A DNA stretch of 64,000 nt from an uncultured Gemmatimonadaceae bacterium (GTDB lineage Bacteria > Gemmatimonadota > Gemmatimonadetes > Gemmatimonadales > Gemmatimonadaceae): assembly GCA_963761305.1 (NCBI GenBank), contig CAVXGK010000001.1, positions 480,001 through 544,000 of the forward strand. Reading direction: 5' to 3'. Position 1 is the stretch's first letter; each line of letters starts with the position of its first letter. A program made the position numbers and the translations under genes. The notes beneath the pieces were generated by a model. The model was given only the letters and a program-made list of their open reading frames with translations. It did not search any database and had not been told where the DNA came from. Below, piece after piece: positions 1 through 9,221 of this stretch.

Positions 1-21
1 TGGAATCGATGGTTTCTGCAT
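1..21 (-). CDS. 5' end of a gene running off the left edge (MQKPSIP...)
   Basis: ATG at 21 on the minus strand, preceded by an AGGAGG RBS overlapping the stop of the upstream GT2. Confidence 0.4.
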
Positions 22-32
22 GGCCCGGCCTC

Positions 33-899
33 CTAGCGAAGTCGCGCGGGACTGCGCCCCGGCCCGGCGAGGATGCCGGCGACTTCACCGGCCGCGTGAC
101 AGCAGGAGAGCAAGAACACCAGGGGCATGGTGGCGCCAATCGATGGCGTCGAGCGCGCGCCCGAACTGAACACTCGCACGGTATCGCGGAACAGGTTCCA
201 CGGCAGTTGCCGCCCAGAGATCGGAATGTGGTGCAGGCCGGTGGTCGAGCGACCGTTGTCGAAATGCATGAGCATCGTGCCCCAGAAACCGTGTGATTGC
301 ACGTGTGTGACCGTCATGCCGTCGTGGACGCAAATGAGCCGATCATTGAACAGCCGCGGGGTGACCTCGAGCTCGATGCGGCCTGCAGGAATCGGTCCCG
401 GACCTATGGCGCTGCGCCGAAAGGCGAGGTTCGCCGGAGGCGGACATCGCTCGCGCTGCGATTTGTTCATCGGTGGGCAGCAGCTGCCGAACGTGTGCAG
501 ATAGTTGGCCCGGTCAATCCGATGATTGTTGGATCCGTTCAACACCGGTCCTGTGACGCCCATCGCTGCGGGGTTGAGTCGGAATCCGTGGAGGATCTGT
601 TGGCACCAGTCGTCGGCGACGATGCAGTGATCCTCGGTGAGGGCAACGATCTCTCCGCGCGCCTGCTCGACCGCGTGTGCGCGAAGCTCGAACACCGAGG
701 CGCCCGGGAGCCGCACCCACGACAATCGATCCGATGCGGCGACGGTGGCCGAGTCCAAGGCCTCCCCATGCCCGTCGCCGACGATGATCTCGCCACCGAC
801 GGCAGCCACCTGAGGTCCGAGCACGTTCAGGCAGTTGGCCAGATCCGGCCAGGGATCGGTCGTCGCGAGAATGACGGAGAGCGGAATTCGGTCAGCCAT
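33..899 (-). CDS. Glycosyltransferase family 2 protein
   Basis: LSVIL..., EIIVGDG, ARGEIVALTEDHC (GT-A, EDH variant of DxD); start set at MADRIP. Confidence 0.8.
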   Translation of the reverse strand: MADRIPLSVILATTDPWPDLANCLNVLGPQVAAVGGEIIVGDGHGEALDSATVAASDRLSWVRLPGASVFELRAHAVEQARGEIVALTEDHCIVADDWCQQILHGFRLNPAAMGVTGPVLNGSNNHRIDRANYLHTFGSCCPPMNKSQRERCPPPANLAFRRSAIGPGPIPAGRIELEVTPRLFNDRLICVHDGMTVTHVQSHGFWGTMLMHFDNGRSTTGLHHIPISGRQLPWNLFRDTVRVFSSGARSTPSIGATMPLVFLLSCCHAAGEVAGILAGPGRSPARLR

Positions 900-1238
900 G
901 GGCCTCCAATAGTAGCCGACCCGGGAAACCGACAACAGTACGGTCCACCATTCGCGTGCGGACGGAGCACAGGCGGTTCGGCCGCGGGATCAGCGAATCT
1001 TAATTTGCATTCGCTCGCCTATCCGAACCGACGAAAGCACGACGTCGAGGCGAGCGCGCATCGGCTCAACGCGCCAAACCCTCCCCGCTTGGGGCGTGAT
1101 GGCGCGCGCTGCGCGGGTAGCACGCTTTGTTGCAGGTGATCCATCTCACCATTTCCGACGACCCCTTCCGCTAACAACGGTCCGTTGAGTGCGTCATACG
1201 GATAGGAAGGCAATTCAGTCACGAACGGAGGAACTGAG

Positions 1239-1559
1239 ATGAGCAAATCGTTACTGGTCCGCGTGACGGCCGGCGTGATCGCGGCGAGCGCATTGGGCGC
1301 CTGCTACGTGAATCCGCGGCCGCGCGTCGGCGTCGAATATGCGCTGCGGCAACCGCCCGTCGAGCGAGTCGAAGTGATCCCGACGTCGCCGGGTGTCGAG
1401 TACGTGTGGGTGACGGGCCATTGGGGTTGGCAACGCAACGACTACGCGTGGATCCCCGGACGCTGGGTGGTCCCGGAGCGTGGCTATCGCGAGTGGGTGG
1501 CCGGCCGGTGGGAACGTGATCGCGCCGGTTGGTTCTACGTCGAAGGGCATTGGCGGTAA
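1239..1559 (+). CDS. YXWGXW/WXXGXW-repeat lipoprotein
   Basis: Signal with lipobox LGAC; repeats YVWVTGHW, YAWIPGRW, EWVAGRW, FYVEGHW; GGAGG RBS. Confidence 0.85.
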   Translation: MSKSLLVRVTAGVIAASALGACYVNPRPRVGVEYALRQPPVERVEVIPTSPGVEYVWVTGHWGWQRNDYAWIPGRWVVPERGYREWVAGRWERDRAGWFYVEGHWR

Positions 1560-1659
1560 GGCGTCGCCGACGCAGGAGCAATCGCAGTGAACGAAGCGCA
1601 CCGACGTGCGAGGCCTCAGCGCCCGGCGTCGGTGCGCCTTGTCGTTTAGCTTGAGCGGC

Positions 1660-2091
1660 ATGACGAATGAATCATCCGGCGCCACGAGCCATCCGCCGTT
1701 CATCGCCGAGAGCCTGCAAGCGTCGCTGACCGTCGCCGACGTGCGGCGGAGCCGCGACTGGTATCGCGACGTCCTCGGGTTCACGATCGACCGTGAGCAC
1801 GAACGTGACGGCCGATTGTTCGCCGTCTCGCTCAGCGCCGGCACCGTTCGAATTCTCGTAACACAGGACGATGGCGCGAAGGGTGAGCGCGTGAAGGGAC
1901 AAGGCTTCTCGCTCCAATTCACGACGCCGCAAAACATCGACGCGGTTGCCGACCACGCCAAACGCGCCGGCGCCACGTTCGACACCGAACCCATGGACGC
2001 TTTCGGCGCCCGCGTCTTCCGCCTGCGCGACCCGGATGGGTTCCGCCTGGTGATCTCGTCGCCGCGCGACGCCACCCCTCGCCGGGGTTAG
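1660..2091 (+). CDS. VOC/glyoxalase family protein
   Basis: LTVADVRRSRDWYRDVLGF ... FGARVFRLRDPDGF. Confidence 0.85.
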   Translation: MTNESSGATSHPPFIAESLQASLTVADVRRSRDWYRDVLGFTIDREHERDGRLFAVSLSAGTVRILVTQDDGAKGERVKGQGFSLQFTTPQNIDAVADHAKRAGATFDTEPMDAFGARVFRLRDPDGFRLVISSPRDATPRRG

Positions 2092-2096
2092 CTGAA

Positions 2097-2576
2097 TTGC
2101 TGCCAGCCGTCCAACTACTCGACACGATGGCCGAGCAGATGTGGACCCTGCTGCAGCGGAACCTCACGGGCATCACGGAGGCGGAAGCCGATTGGCGCCC
2201 GCATCCGGCCGCGAATCCCGTGCGCTGGATGGTCGGCCACCTCGCGTGGTTCGAGGAGTGGGCGCACGACGCCTTGCACCGCGATGGTCGCTACCTCGTC
2301 GATCGCGATCCGACCGCCTACCTCGACGGAACGATCCCGGAGTTGCTCGCCCGGTTCAGCGCCGCGCGAGCGCGGTACCGCGCGTGCGTCGCCGAGCTCG
2401 ATCAGAATGCCCTCGATGCAACGCTGAGCTACCTCGGCCGCTACGACGTCTCGGGTCTCGATCTCCTCAAGACGCACGCGCTCCACGTGGCCGGCCACCG
2501 ATTTCAGGTGCGATACGTTCGCGGGACCTACAGCCGCGCGCACGGCACGTCCAAGACGGACTTTGATCCGTGGTAG
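2097..2576 (+). CDS. DinB family protein
   Basis: NPVRWMVGHLAWFE and C-terminal HxxxH (HVAGH); start may be ATG 2127. Confidence 0.75.
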   Translation: MLPAVQLLDTMAEQMWTLLQRNLTGITEAEADWRPHPAANPVRWMVGHLAWFEEWAHDALHRDGRYLVDRDPTAYLDGTIPELLARFSAARARYRACVAELDQNALDATLSYLGRYDVSGLDLLKTHALHVAGHRFQVRYVRGTYSRAHGTSKTDFDPW

Positions 2577-2625
2577 ACGCGACCGGCGCGTGACAACGGT
2601 GCGTCGCCCGCGGTAACGTTGTGCC

Positions 2626-3072
2626 GTGCGAAAGACGACGCTTCTCTTCGGCCTGCTCGGCGGCGCGCTCATCGCGCTGCTCAAGCTCATCGAGTATCGA
2701 TATCTGGTCGTCGAACACTCGGTCGAGATCTACGGCGGCCTTGTGGCGCTCGTCTTCTCGATACTCGGTATTTGGCTCGGTCTTCGGTTGACTCGCGGTC
2801 GGCCGGCCCCGGGTCCTCCGGCCCCCGTCCAACCGGCACGTGGACCGTTTGTCGTCGATCGGGCACGGCTCGACGCGTTGGGGATCACGCCGCGCGAGCA
2901 CGAGATCCTCGAGCTCATCGCCGCGGGCCTCAGCAACCGCGAGATCGCCGAAAAGCTGTTTGTGAGCGAGAACACCGTGAAGACGCACTCGAGCCGACTG
3001 TTCGACAAGCTGAACGCGAAGCGGCGGACGCAGGCCGTGCAGCTCGCCAAAGAGGCCGGATTGATCGCCTGA
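2626..3072 (+). CDS. LuxR-type HTH regulator with two N-terminal transmembrane helices
   Basis: ITPREHEILELIAAGLSNREIAEKLFVSENTVKTH; hydrophobic N-terminus; no REC domain. Confidence 0.9.
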   Translation: MRKTTLLFGLLGGALIALLKLIEYRYLVVEHSVEIYGGLVALVFSILGIWLGLRLTRGRPAPGPPAPVQPARGPFVVDRARLDALGITPREHEILELIAAGLSNREIAEKLFVSENTVKTHSSRLFDKLNAKRRTQAVQLAKEAGLIA

Positions 3073-3118
3073 AAGGATGATTTTGGTGGTTCTGCGCGAA
3101 AATCACCCTTTCGGGTGA
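3065..3118. promoter_or_regulatory. Pair of putative LuxR/NarL-type operator palindromes
   Basis: TCACCC-TTTC-GGGTGA (3103-3118, perfect) and TCGCCT-GAAA-GGATGA (3065-3080, degenerate), between the regulator and its likely target. Confidence 0.6.
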
Positions 3119-3196
3119 CGCGCGAAACGGGCCTTGGACCTAGGCTGTGGCGCGATTCCAAATCGACCCTCTATCCGCGCCGGGAGCGCACGACCA

Positions 3197-3748
3197 ATGC
3201 AGAAGACCGTCTGGACCTTTGGGCTGATCTCTGGAGCAATCATCTCGCTGTTGATGCTCCTCGTTCTCCCGTTCCACGACGCCATCGGGTACGACCGGAG
3301 CTTAGTCCTCGGCTACACGACGATGGTGCTGGCGTTCCTGCTCATCTACTTCGGGATCCGGTCGTACCGCGACAACGTCGCCAACGGGTCGATCGGATTC
3401 GGACGCGCCCTGGCCGTCGGAACGCTCATCGCCGTGATCTCGAGCGTCTGCTATACCGCGACCTGGGAACTGATCTACCCGCGAATCGCGACGGATTTCA
3501 CGGCCAAGTATCAGGCCCACGAGATCAGCAAAGCGAAGGCGAGCGGTGCGAGCCAGGCAGAGATCGACCAACGCGCCGCCGACCTGAAGCGATTCTCCGA
3601 GTTGTACAAGAACCCCGTCGTGAACGCGGCCCTCACGTTCATCGAGCCGCTGCCCGTGGGTCTCGTGATCGCGCTGGTCTCGGCCGGCGTGCTGAGGCGC
3701 CGACGGCCGGCTAGTTCGTCGCAGCCCGAAATCGCCGCCGCCGGCTAA
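3197..3748 (+). CDS. DUF4199-like membrane protein
   Basis: Four TM segments; IYFGIRSYRDN...GSIGFGRAL motif; downstream of a membrane LuxR. Confidence 0.75.
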   Translation: MQKTVWTFGLISGAIISLLMLLVLPFHDAIGYDRSLVLGYTTMVLAFLLIYFGIRSYRDNVANGSIGFGRALAVGTLIAVISSVCYTATWELIYPRIATDFTAKYQAHEISKAKASGASQAEIDQRAADLKRFSELYKNPVVNAALTFIEPLPVGLVIALVSAGVLRRRRPASSSQPEIAAAG

Positions 3749-3881
3749 GCATCTCGTCCGCGGTCATTCTATTTTCGCCCCGGCGGGCGGCACATTAACG
3801 GTCATGCGACCGCCGCCGGGCCGCCTTCGACCGCAGTTCACGTATATCGTCTGACTCCATTCATCTACTCGTCATCTACTC

Positions 3882-4394
3882 GTGCAGATCGACAACGAAC
3901 CCCGCGTGCCGTCTCGATTCGGCGATCGCTACGCGAAAGAATTCCTCGTCGGCTGGCGAGCCATGGACTTCAACGGTCACATGGGAAATACGGCATACCT
4001 GGATCTCGCCGCCGACGTTCGTCTGGCGTTTCTCGCCGACCATGGATGTCCGGTGACCGAACTGAAGGGGCTGGCGATCGGCCCGGTGATCCGCAAGGAA
4101 GAGCTCGAGTACTTCCGCGAGGTCGGGCTCCATGAGACCGTAACCGTCACCTACGCGGCTCTGGCGATGACGCCCGACGGCGCGCGGTTCGTCGTCGAGA
4201 ACGAGGTCTGGTCGGAGCGCGGCGAACGCGCGGCGACGATTCGATCGACCGGCGGCTGGCTGGACCTGCGCACCCGAAAGCTTATCGCGCCGCCGCCGCT
4301 GTTGGTCGCCGCCCTTTCCCAGTTGCCGCGCGCGCCGGGCTTCGTCGAGCTACCGTTGCCGCGCAAGAAGGACGGCGACGAATCGAGTCCGTAA
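3882..4394 (+). CDS. Acyl-CoA thioesterase (hotdog fold)
   Basis: MDFNGHMGNTAYLD; EELEYFREV; GGWLDLRTRKL. Confidence 0.85.
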   Translation: MQIDNEPRVPSRFGDRYAKEFLVGWRAMDFNGHMGNTAYLDLAADVRLAFLADHGCPVTELKGLAIGPVIRKEELEYFREVGLHETVTVTYAALAMTPDGARFVVENEVWSERGERAATIRSTGGWLDLRTRKLIAPPPLLVAALSQLPRAPGFVELPLPRKKDGDESSP

Positions 4395-4512
4395 ACCGGA
4401 CTCGGCAGCGGGCGAACGGGCATCCGCCCTCACGGGCGCATCGGCCCACGATTTGCTGAGGCCGCCCGTGTGGACGACGTTTCCCAACCTTCGATGAGGA
4501 AGGCAACAGGGA

Positions 4513-7182
4513 GTGGCAACTCAAGCGGCGGGCACGTTCGACGACGCTGACTCGACTCAATCGATCGCGCTCTCCGAGATGCCGAGGACCAGTGACAGCG
4601 ACGTCCTCTCCGGCGGCGGAGAGATGGGTGCGCTCATGCGCACGATCGATTGGTCCGCCACGGCACTTGGCCCCGTCGACAGCTGGTCGCCCACGCTGCG
4701 GACGATGGTCAGCTTTCTCCTGGCCAATCGTTTTCCCCTGTTGCTCTGGTGGGGCCCGGACTACATCCAGCTCTACAACGACGCGTACCGCCCCATCCTC
4801 GGCGCGAAACATCCGCGGGCACTGGGACAGCCCGTGCGCGAGTGTTGGTGGGAGATCTATGACGTCATCGGACCGCTCATCGACACGCCGTTCAACGGTG
4901 GGCCGGCGACGTGGATGGACGACATCCTCCTCGAGGTGAAGCGGCACGGGTTCGTCGAAGAAACCCACTTCACGATCGCCTATAGTCCCGTGCCCGACGC
5001 GACCGCCGAGCGAGGGATCGGCGGCGTCTTGGCCACGGTGCACGAGACGACCGAACAAATCATCGGCGAGCGACGTGTGCTCGCGCTGCGCGACCTCGGC
5101 ACCCGCTCGATCGCCGAGGCGAGGACGGCCGAGCAGTCGTGTGCTGCGGCGGCCGAGATTCTGGCGCAGCACTCGAAGGACATCCCGTTCGCGTTGCTCT
5201 ACCTCCTCGACGCGGACGGCACCCACGTTCGCCTCGCCGGTGCGGCCGGCGCGACCGCCGGTCAATCGATCAGCCCTCGAGTTGTCGCGCTCGAGAACGA
5301 CGGGACCGATCCGCTCGGCTGGCCGATTCGCGAAGCGCTCGAGAGCGAAGCGCTCCACGTGGTGGAGCATCTCGGGTCGCGGTTCGCCGAGGTACCGGCC
5401 GGTCCGTGGTCGGACCCGCCGACCACGGGCGTCGTGGTGCCGATCGCATCGAACATCGCGCATCGCCCGGCGGGCGTGCTCGTGGCGGGCGTGAGTCCTC
5501 GGCACGGGTTCGACGAGCAGTATGCCACCTTCTTCGAACTGGTCGCTCGACAGGTGTCGACCGCGGTGGCGAATGCCCGGGCCTACGAGGACGAGAAGAA
5601 ACGGGCCGAGGCGCTCGCCGAGTTGGACCGCGCCAAGACGGCTTTCTTCTCGAACGTCAGCCACGAGTTTCGTACGCCGCTCACGTTGCTCCTCGGTCCG
5701 GCGCAGGAGGCGATCGCCGACGCGCAGACGTCGCCCGAGCAGCGAGCGCGGCTCGAGGTGATCAATCGGAACGCGCTGCGGATGCAGCGCCTCGTCAACA
5801 CGCTGCTCGACTTCTCGCGCATCGAAGCGGGACGCATCGAGGCCGCGTTCGAGGCGACGGATCTGTCGGCGTACACCGCGGAGCTGGCGTCGACTTTTCG
5901 CTCGGCGATCGATGCGGCCGGCCTGGCGTTCGTCGTCGACACACAGCCGCTCGGCGAACCGGCGTACGTCGACCGCGACATGTGGGAGAAGATCGTGTTG
6001 AATCTTCTCTCGAACGCGTTCAAGCATACGTTCGAAGGCGAGATCGCGGTGTCGGTGCGCGCGTCGTCAGGCCACGTCGAGCTCGTGGTGCGCGATACGG
6101 GCGTGGGAATACCGGCCGATCAGGTCCCGAACTTGTTCAAGCGCTTTTATCGCGTGCCCAATTCGCGCTCTCGCACGCACGAGGGCACGGGCATCGGTTT
6201 GGCGTTCGTGCAAGAGTTGGTGAGCCTGCACGGCGGACGCGTCGAGGTCACGAGCGAAGAGGGTAAGGGCTCGTCGTTCATCGTTCGCATTCCGCTGGGC
6301 GACTCGCATCTTCCGTCGGAGCGCGTGGGCGCCGTCGAACGGCACGCGTCCGCGTCGCTCGATGCGGCCCCGTTCGTCGAAGAGGCGCTGCGCTGGTTGC
6401 CGAGCGGCGGCACCGACGTCGAGTCGGCCGCCGGCGCGACGGTCGACGCCCCCGAGGCGCCGCGCAGGGAAGCATGCCGCGAGAGAATACTCATCGCCGA
6501 CGACAACGCCGACATGCGGGACTACGTCGCCCGGCTGCTTCGCGCCCGAGGCTGGAAGGTCGACACGGCGGCCGATGGTTTGACGGCACGCGAGGTGGCG
6601 CGCCGCGAGACGCCGGATCTCGTTTTGAGCGACGTGATGATGCCCGGTCTCGACGGGTTCGCGCTGCTGGGCGAACTGCGGCGCGACCCGGCAACGGCGG
6701 ACATCCCGGTCATCCTGTTGTCAGCGCGCGCCGGCGAGGAAGCGCGAGTCGAAGGGCTTGGCGCGGGTGCCGACGACTATCTCGTGAAGCCGTTCTCGGC
6801 GCGCGAGCTCGTGGCGCGAGTAAACAGTACGCTTCGGCTGTCGCAGATGCGGCGCGCCGTCGGGCAGCGCACCGCACAGTTCGAGACGCTGCTCAACGCG
6901 GCACCGCTCGGCGTATACCTCGTGGACAACGATCTCCGCATTCTCGCCGCGAACCCCACGGCGCGCCCCGTGTTGGGCGACACGCCGGACCTGATCGGGC
7001 GGGATTTCGACGAGGTCATTCACCATCTCCGACCGAAGGCTCGCGCCGATGCAATCGTGCGACTCTTTCGACGAACGTTGGAGACGGGCAGTATGGCCGC
7101 GATCCGAACATCGTCTTCCCGATCGGCCCGTACGAGCCGACCAACAGCTCGAAGGCCGGGGCGAACTACGGTACCGACGTGA
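4513..7182 (+). CDS. Hybrid sensor histidine kinase/response regulator (PAS-GAF-HisKA-HATPase-REC), C-terminally truncated
   Basis: H-box FFSNVSHEFRTPL, N-box NLLSNAFK, DTGVGI, GTGIGL, REC (ADDNADMR, SDVMMP, YLVKPF); following PAS breaks off at about 7088. Confidence 0.9.
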   Translation: MATQAAGTFDDADSTQSIALSEMPRTSDSDVLSGGGEMGALMRTIDWSATALGPVDSWSPTLRTMVSFLLANRFPLLLWWGPDYIQLYNDAYRPILGAKHPRALGQPVRECWWEIYDVIGPLIDTPFNGGPATWMDDILLEVKRHGFVEETHFTIAYSPVPDATAERGIGGVLATVHETTEQIIGERRVLALRDLGTRSIAEARTAEQSCAAAAEILAQHSKDIPFALLYLLDADGTHVRLAGAAGATAGQSISPRVVALENDGTDPLGWPIREALESEALHVVEHLGSRFAEVPAGPWSDPPTTGVVVPIASNIAHRPAGVLVAGVSPRHGFDEQYATFFELVARQVSTAVANARAYEDEKKRAEALAELDRAKTAFFSNVSHEFRTPLTLLLGPAQEAIADAQTSPEQRARLEVINRNALRMQRLVNTLLDFSRIEAGRIEAAFEATDLSAYTAELASTFRSAIDAAGLAFVVDTQPLGEPAYVDRDMWEKIVLNLLSNAFKHTFEGEIAVSVRASSGHVELVVRDTGVGIPADQVPNLFKRFYRVPNSRSRTHEGTGIGLAFVQELVSLHGGRVEVTSEEGKGSSFIVRIPLGDSHLPSERVGAVERHASASLDAAPFVEEALRWLPSGGTDVESAAGATVDAPEAPRREACRERILIADDNADMRDYVARLLRARGWKVDTAADGLTAREVARRETPDLVLSDVMMPGLDGFALLGELRRDPATADIPVILLSARAGEEARVEGLGAGADDYLVKPFSARELVARVNSTLRLSQMRRAVGQRTAQFETLLNAAPLGVYLVDNDLRILAANPTARPVLGDTPDLIGRDFDEVIHHLRPKARADAIVRLFRRTLETGSMAAIRTSSSRSARTSRPTARRPGRTTVPT

Positions 7183-7274
7183 ACTTCCCGATTCCAAACG
7201 AAGAGTCGAATAACCCCCTGTTCCTGAAGGCGAACTCGTCCTGTCTCGACCGGTCGGCCGGCATCGGCTCCTAA
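7089..7274 (+). pseudogene. 3' remnant of a RagB/SusD-family outer-membrane lipoprotein gene
   Basis: Alternative frame reads QYGRDPNIVFPIGPY...YGTDVNFPIPNEESNNP...CLDRSA*, resembling SusD C-termini; no start codon of its own. Confidence 0.65.
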
Positions 7275-7300
7275 GCGATCGGCGGCACGGATTGGACGAA

Positions 7301-7338
7301 TCGACGCCCTCATTCCAGATTTGGGATGAGGGCGTCGA
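7301..7338 (+). terminator. Stem-loop, probable terminator of the SusD remnant
   Basis: TCGACGCCCTCATTCCA-GATT-TGGGATGAGGGCGTCGA inverted repeat. Confidence 0.65.
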
Positions 7339-7362
7339 GTGTTGTCCACCCGGAGAATCGCC

Positions 7363-7734
7363 ATGTCGAGCAACACGCACGGCAAGATCTGCTATCTCGA
7401 GCTACCGGCATCGAGCGTGTCACAGTCAGCGTCGTTCTACTCCAAGACGTTCGGCTGGCAGATGCGCACGCGGAGCAATGGTTCGCAAGCGTTCGACGAC
7501 GCGACCGGTCAAGTGAGCGGCTCGTTCGTTCTCAACCGAGGCGCCGCCGCGTCGCCGGGACTCTTGGTCTACATCATGGTCGACAGCGTCGCCGATGCGT
7601 GCCGCGCCGTAGAGGCCAACGGCGGAACGATCGTGCAACCACTCGGAGCGGATGCGCCCGAGCTCACGGCGCGATTCAAAGACCCGGGTGGCAACGTGAT
7701 CGGCTTGTATCAAGAGCCGCCGAGAACTCCATGA
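7363..7734 (+). CDS. VOC/glyoxalase family protein
   Basis: HGKICYLELPA, FYSKTFGW, ARFKDPGGNVIGL. Confidence 0.85.
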   Translation: MSSNTHGKICYLELPASSVSQSASFYSKTFGWQMRTRSNGSQAFDDATGQVSGSFVLNRGAAASPGLLVYIMVDSVADACRAVEANGGTIVQPLGADAPELTARFKDPGGNVIGLYQEPPRTP

Positions 7735-8273
7735 CCACCAAACAGATCGCCGCGGGCGTCGTTGGAATCATCGCCCTCGGCGTCGCGGCGCGATACACGT
7801 TTGGCGGTGTGTTGATCGCACCGCTCGGCATGACGATCGCGTCGTGGTTCGCGCGCCGGCGTGGCCGCCAGTTGTCGCGGAGCGCGAGCTGGGTTGCTGC
7901 GGTCGTGGCACCCGGTGTCGTGATGCTCGTCCTCGCCGGCTTTGCGGCGACACAGATGCCCGCCGGCTCGTGGTCGAAAATCCAAAAGGTTGCCGACTCC
8001 ACGAAGGTTCATCGACAGCCTCCGCCGGCGTGGCTGGAGCGAATCGCGCCCGGTTCGACGGCTCGCGCGAACGCACAGCAAGTGAGCCTCGGGCCGGCTG
8101 CAACTGTGTGGTTCGCGCTGGTGGGCGCGATGTTCGGAGTCGGAATGGTGTCGGGGCTGGTGGGAACGGCCGGTTGGCTGGCCACCATGCCGCTCGCGTA
8201 CGCGATCACGGGGCGATGGATCGGCTCCCGGCCCCGCGATCCACCGCTCTTCGAGGACGCAGTGATGGCGTGA
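7731..8273 (+). CDS. Hypothetical membrane protein
   Basis: ATGA overlap with the upstream stop; several hydrophobic segments. Confidence 0.65.
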   Translation: MTTKQIAAGVVGIIALGVAARYTFGGVLIAPLGMTIASWFARRRGRQLSRSASWVAAVVAPGVVMLVLAGFAATQMPAGSWSKIQKVADSTKVHRQPPPAWLERIAPGSTARANAQQVSLGPAATVWFALVGAMFGVGMVSGLVGTAGWLATMPLAYAITGRWIGSRPRDPPLFEDAVMA

Positions 8274-8276
8274 CCT

Positions 8277-8321
8277 CGCGCTGCTAAGCGGGGGTCGGTT
8301 GTTCAACTCTACCCAGGCCCA
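8277..8321 (+). pseudogene. Degenerate 3' half of a tRNA, probably tRNA-Ile(GAT); att-like fragment
   Basis: CTGCTAAGCGGGGGTCGGTTGTTCAACTCTACCCAGGCCCA resembles the anticodon arm, T-arm and acceptor strand of tRNA-Ile; the 5' half and D-arm are absent. Confidence 0.65.
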
Positions 8322-8338
8322 TTTGTAGAGCCCTGTTT

Positions 8339-8372
8339 CCAGTGAGTTACGCGCTCGCTGGGACTTCTTTTC
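8339..8372 (+). terminator. Hairpin plus T-rich tract after the tRNA fragment
   Basis: CCAGTGAG-TTACGCG-CTCGCTGG followed by GACTTCTTTTTC. Confidence 0.45.
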
Positions 8373-8475
8373 ACCTTTATACCGGCCATGTCGATGCCAA
8401 CGGCCTGACCCCACCCGACGAGGACTACTCGCATCGGTGGATTGTCGGCGTCTACGTCCCCTAGACTTCCGCCGA

Positions 8476-8730
8476 CTACAAGCGGATTTTCAGCGCTCCA
8501 CGGCAAGCCCACGTCAGAACGACGACGAGGAGCAGCTGGCCACCGAGTTGAGCGGCGCCGGGCACGGCCCTCGGCGCGAAGCGCGCAATCTCGTCCCGTC
8601 GCACATCTCGGCTCGATTGGGGCGGCCCCTTTGCGCCGAGCATGAGCACGGCGACCAGCAGCATAGCCCCGAGCAGCAAGAGCGACCGCGCGGCGGCGGC
8701 GAGCCAGTTCGGCGCGAGAACAACCCTCAC
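8476..8730 (-). CDS. Small membrane protein
   Basis: GTGA overlap with the DUF4405 stop; two hydrophobic helices. Confidence 0.5.
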   Translation of the reverse strand: MRVVLAPNWLAAAARSLLLLGAMLLVAVLMLGAKGPPQSSRDVRRDEIARFAPRAVPGAAQLGGQLLLVVVLTWACRGALKIRL

Positions 8731-9221
8731 AGCGCCTCCTTCAGCCAGCGCGGCAGGTACGCGTCGGCAACCCTCACGATCCACCGAAAATTCATGGCAA
8801 CGTGGGCGGCGACGCTTACGAGCATCGCATCGGTCCAGTTGTTGTGCGTGTTGCGCCACACTCGATCATCGATCGTGGCGATCCCGAGTTCCGGCAACGC
8901 GACCTGCGAGATCAGGAGGCCCGACACCACCACGCCGGCCGTTGTGATGAACAGTGACGCGTTCAGCAGCAGGTTGACTACGTCGCGGGGGCGTGCCGGA
9001 GATAGCGTCCGCCTTATCGCCGTCAAGATCCACCGCCACGACAGCAGCAGATGCGCGAGCGTCGGCAACAGGAACACGACGCCGAGCCACTCGTGCCACG
9101 CAAGTCCCGTCAGCGTCGGCGTTCGCAGTAGGGCGAAGAGTGTGAAGAGAGTAGCATCGAGCCAGAAGGCGAAGACGGTGCTTGCCGATCGTCTCGATTG
9201 GGCGCTTCCAGGCCGAGTCAT
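8727..9221 (-). CDS. DUF4405-like (cytochrome b-like) membrane protein
   Basis: TGLAWHEWLG, AHLLLSWRWI, WRNTHN, AHVAMNFRWI: His-bearing TM helices. Confidence 0.75.
   Translation of the reverse strand: MTRPGSAQSRRSASTVFAFWLDATLFTLFALLRTPTLTGLAWHEWLGVVFLLPTLAHLLLSWRWILTAIRRTLSPARPRDVVNLLLNASLFITTAGVVVSGLLISQVALPELGIATIDDRVWRNTHNNWTDAMLVSVAAHVAMNFRWIVRVADAYLPRWLKEAL

Noticed and set aside
1590..1646. Integron attC site
   Set aside because: A hairpin (GCGCACCGACG...CGTCGGTGCGC) is present but lacks RYYYAAC/GTTRRRY boxes; more likely a terminator-like stem
3862..3883. TCATCTACTCG tandem duplication
   Set aside because: Only two copies; likely simple slippage
4282..6027. 581-aa minus-strand ORF and many similar long Arg/Ala-rich overlapping ORFs (e.g. 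45688-47565, 32387-34090, 38804-40225)
   Set aside because: Shadow frames of real high-GC genes, with no recognisable motifs
8277..8321. Functional tRNA gene
   Set aside because: The 5' acceptor strand and D-arm are missing and the remaining arms are mismatched
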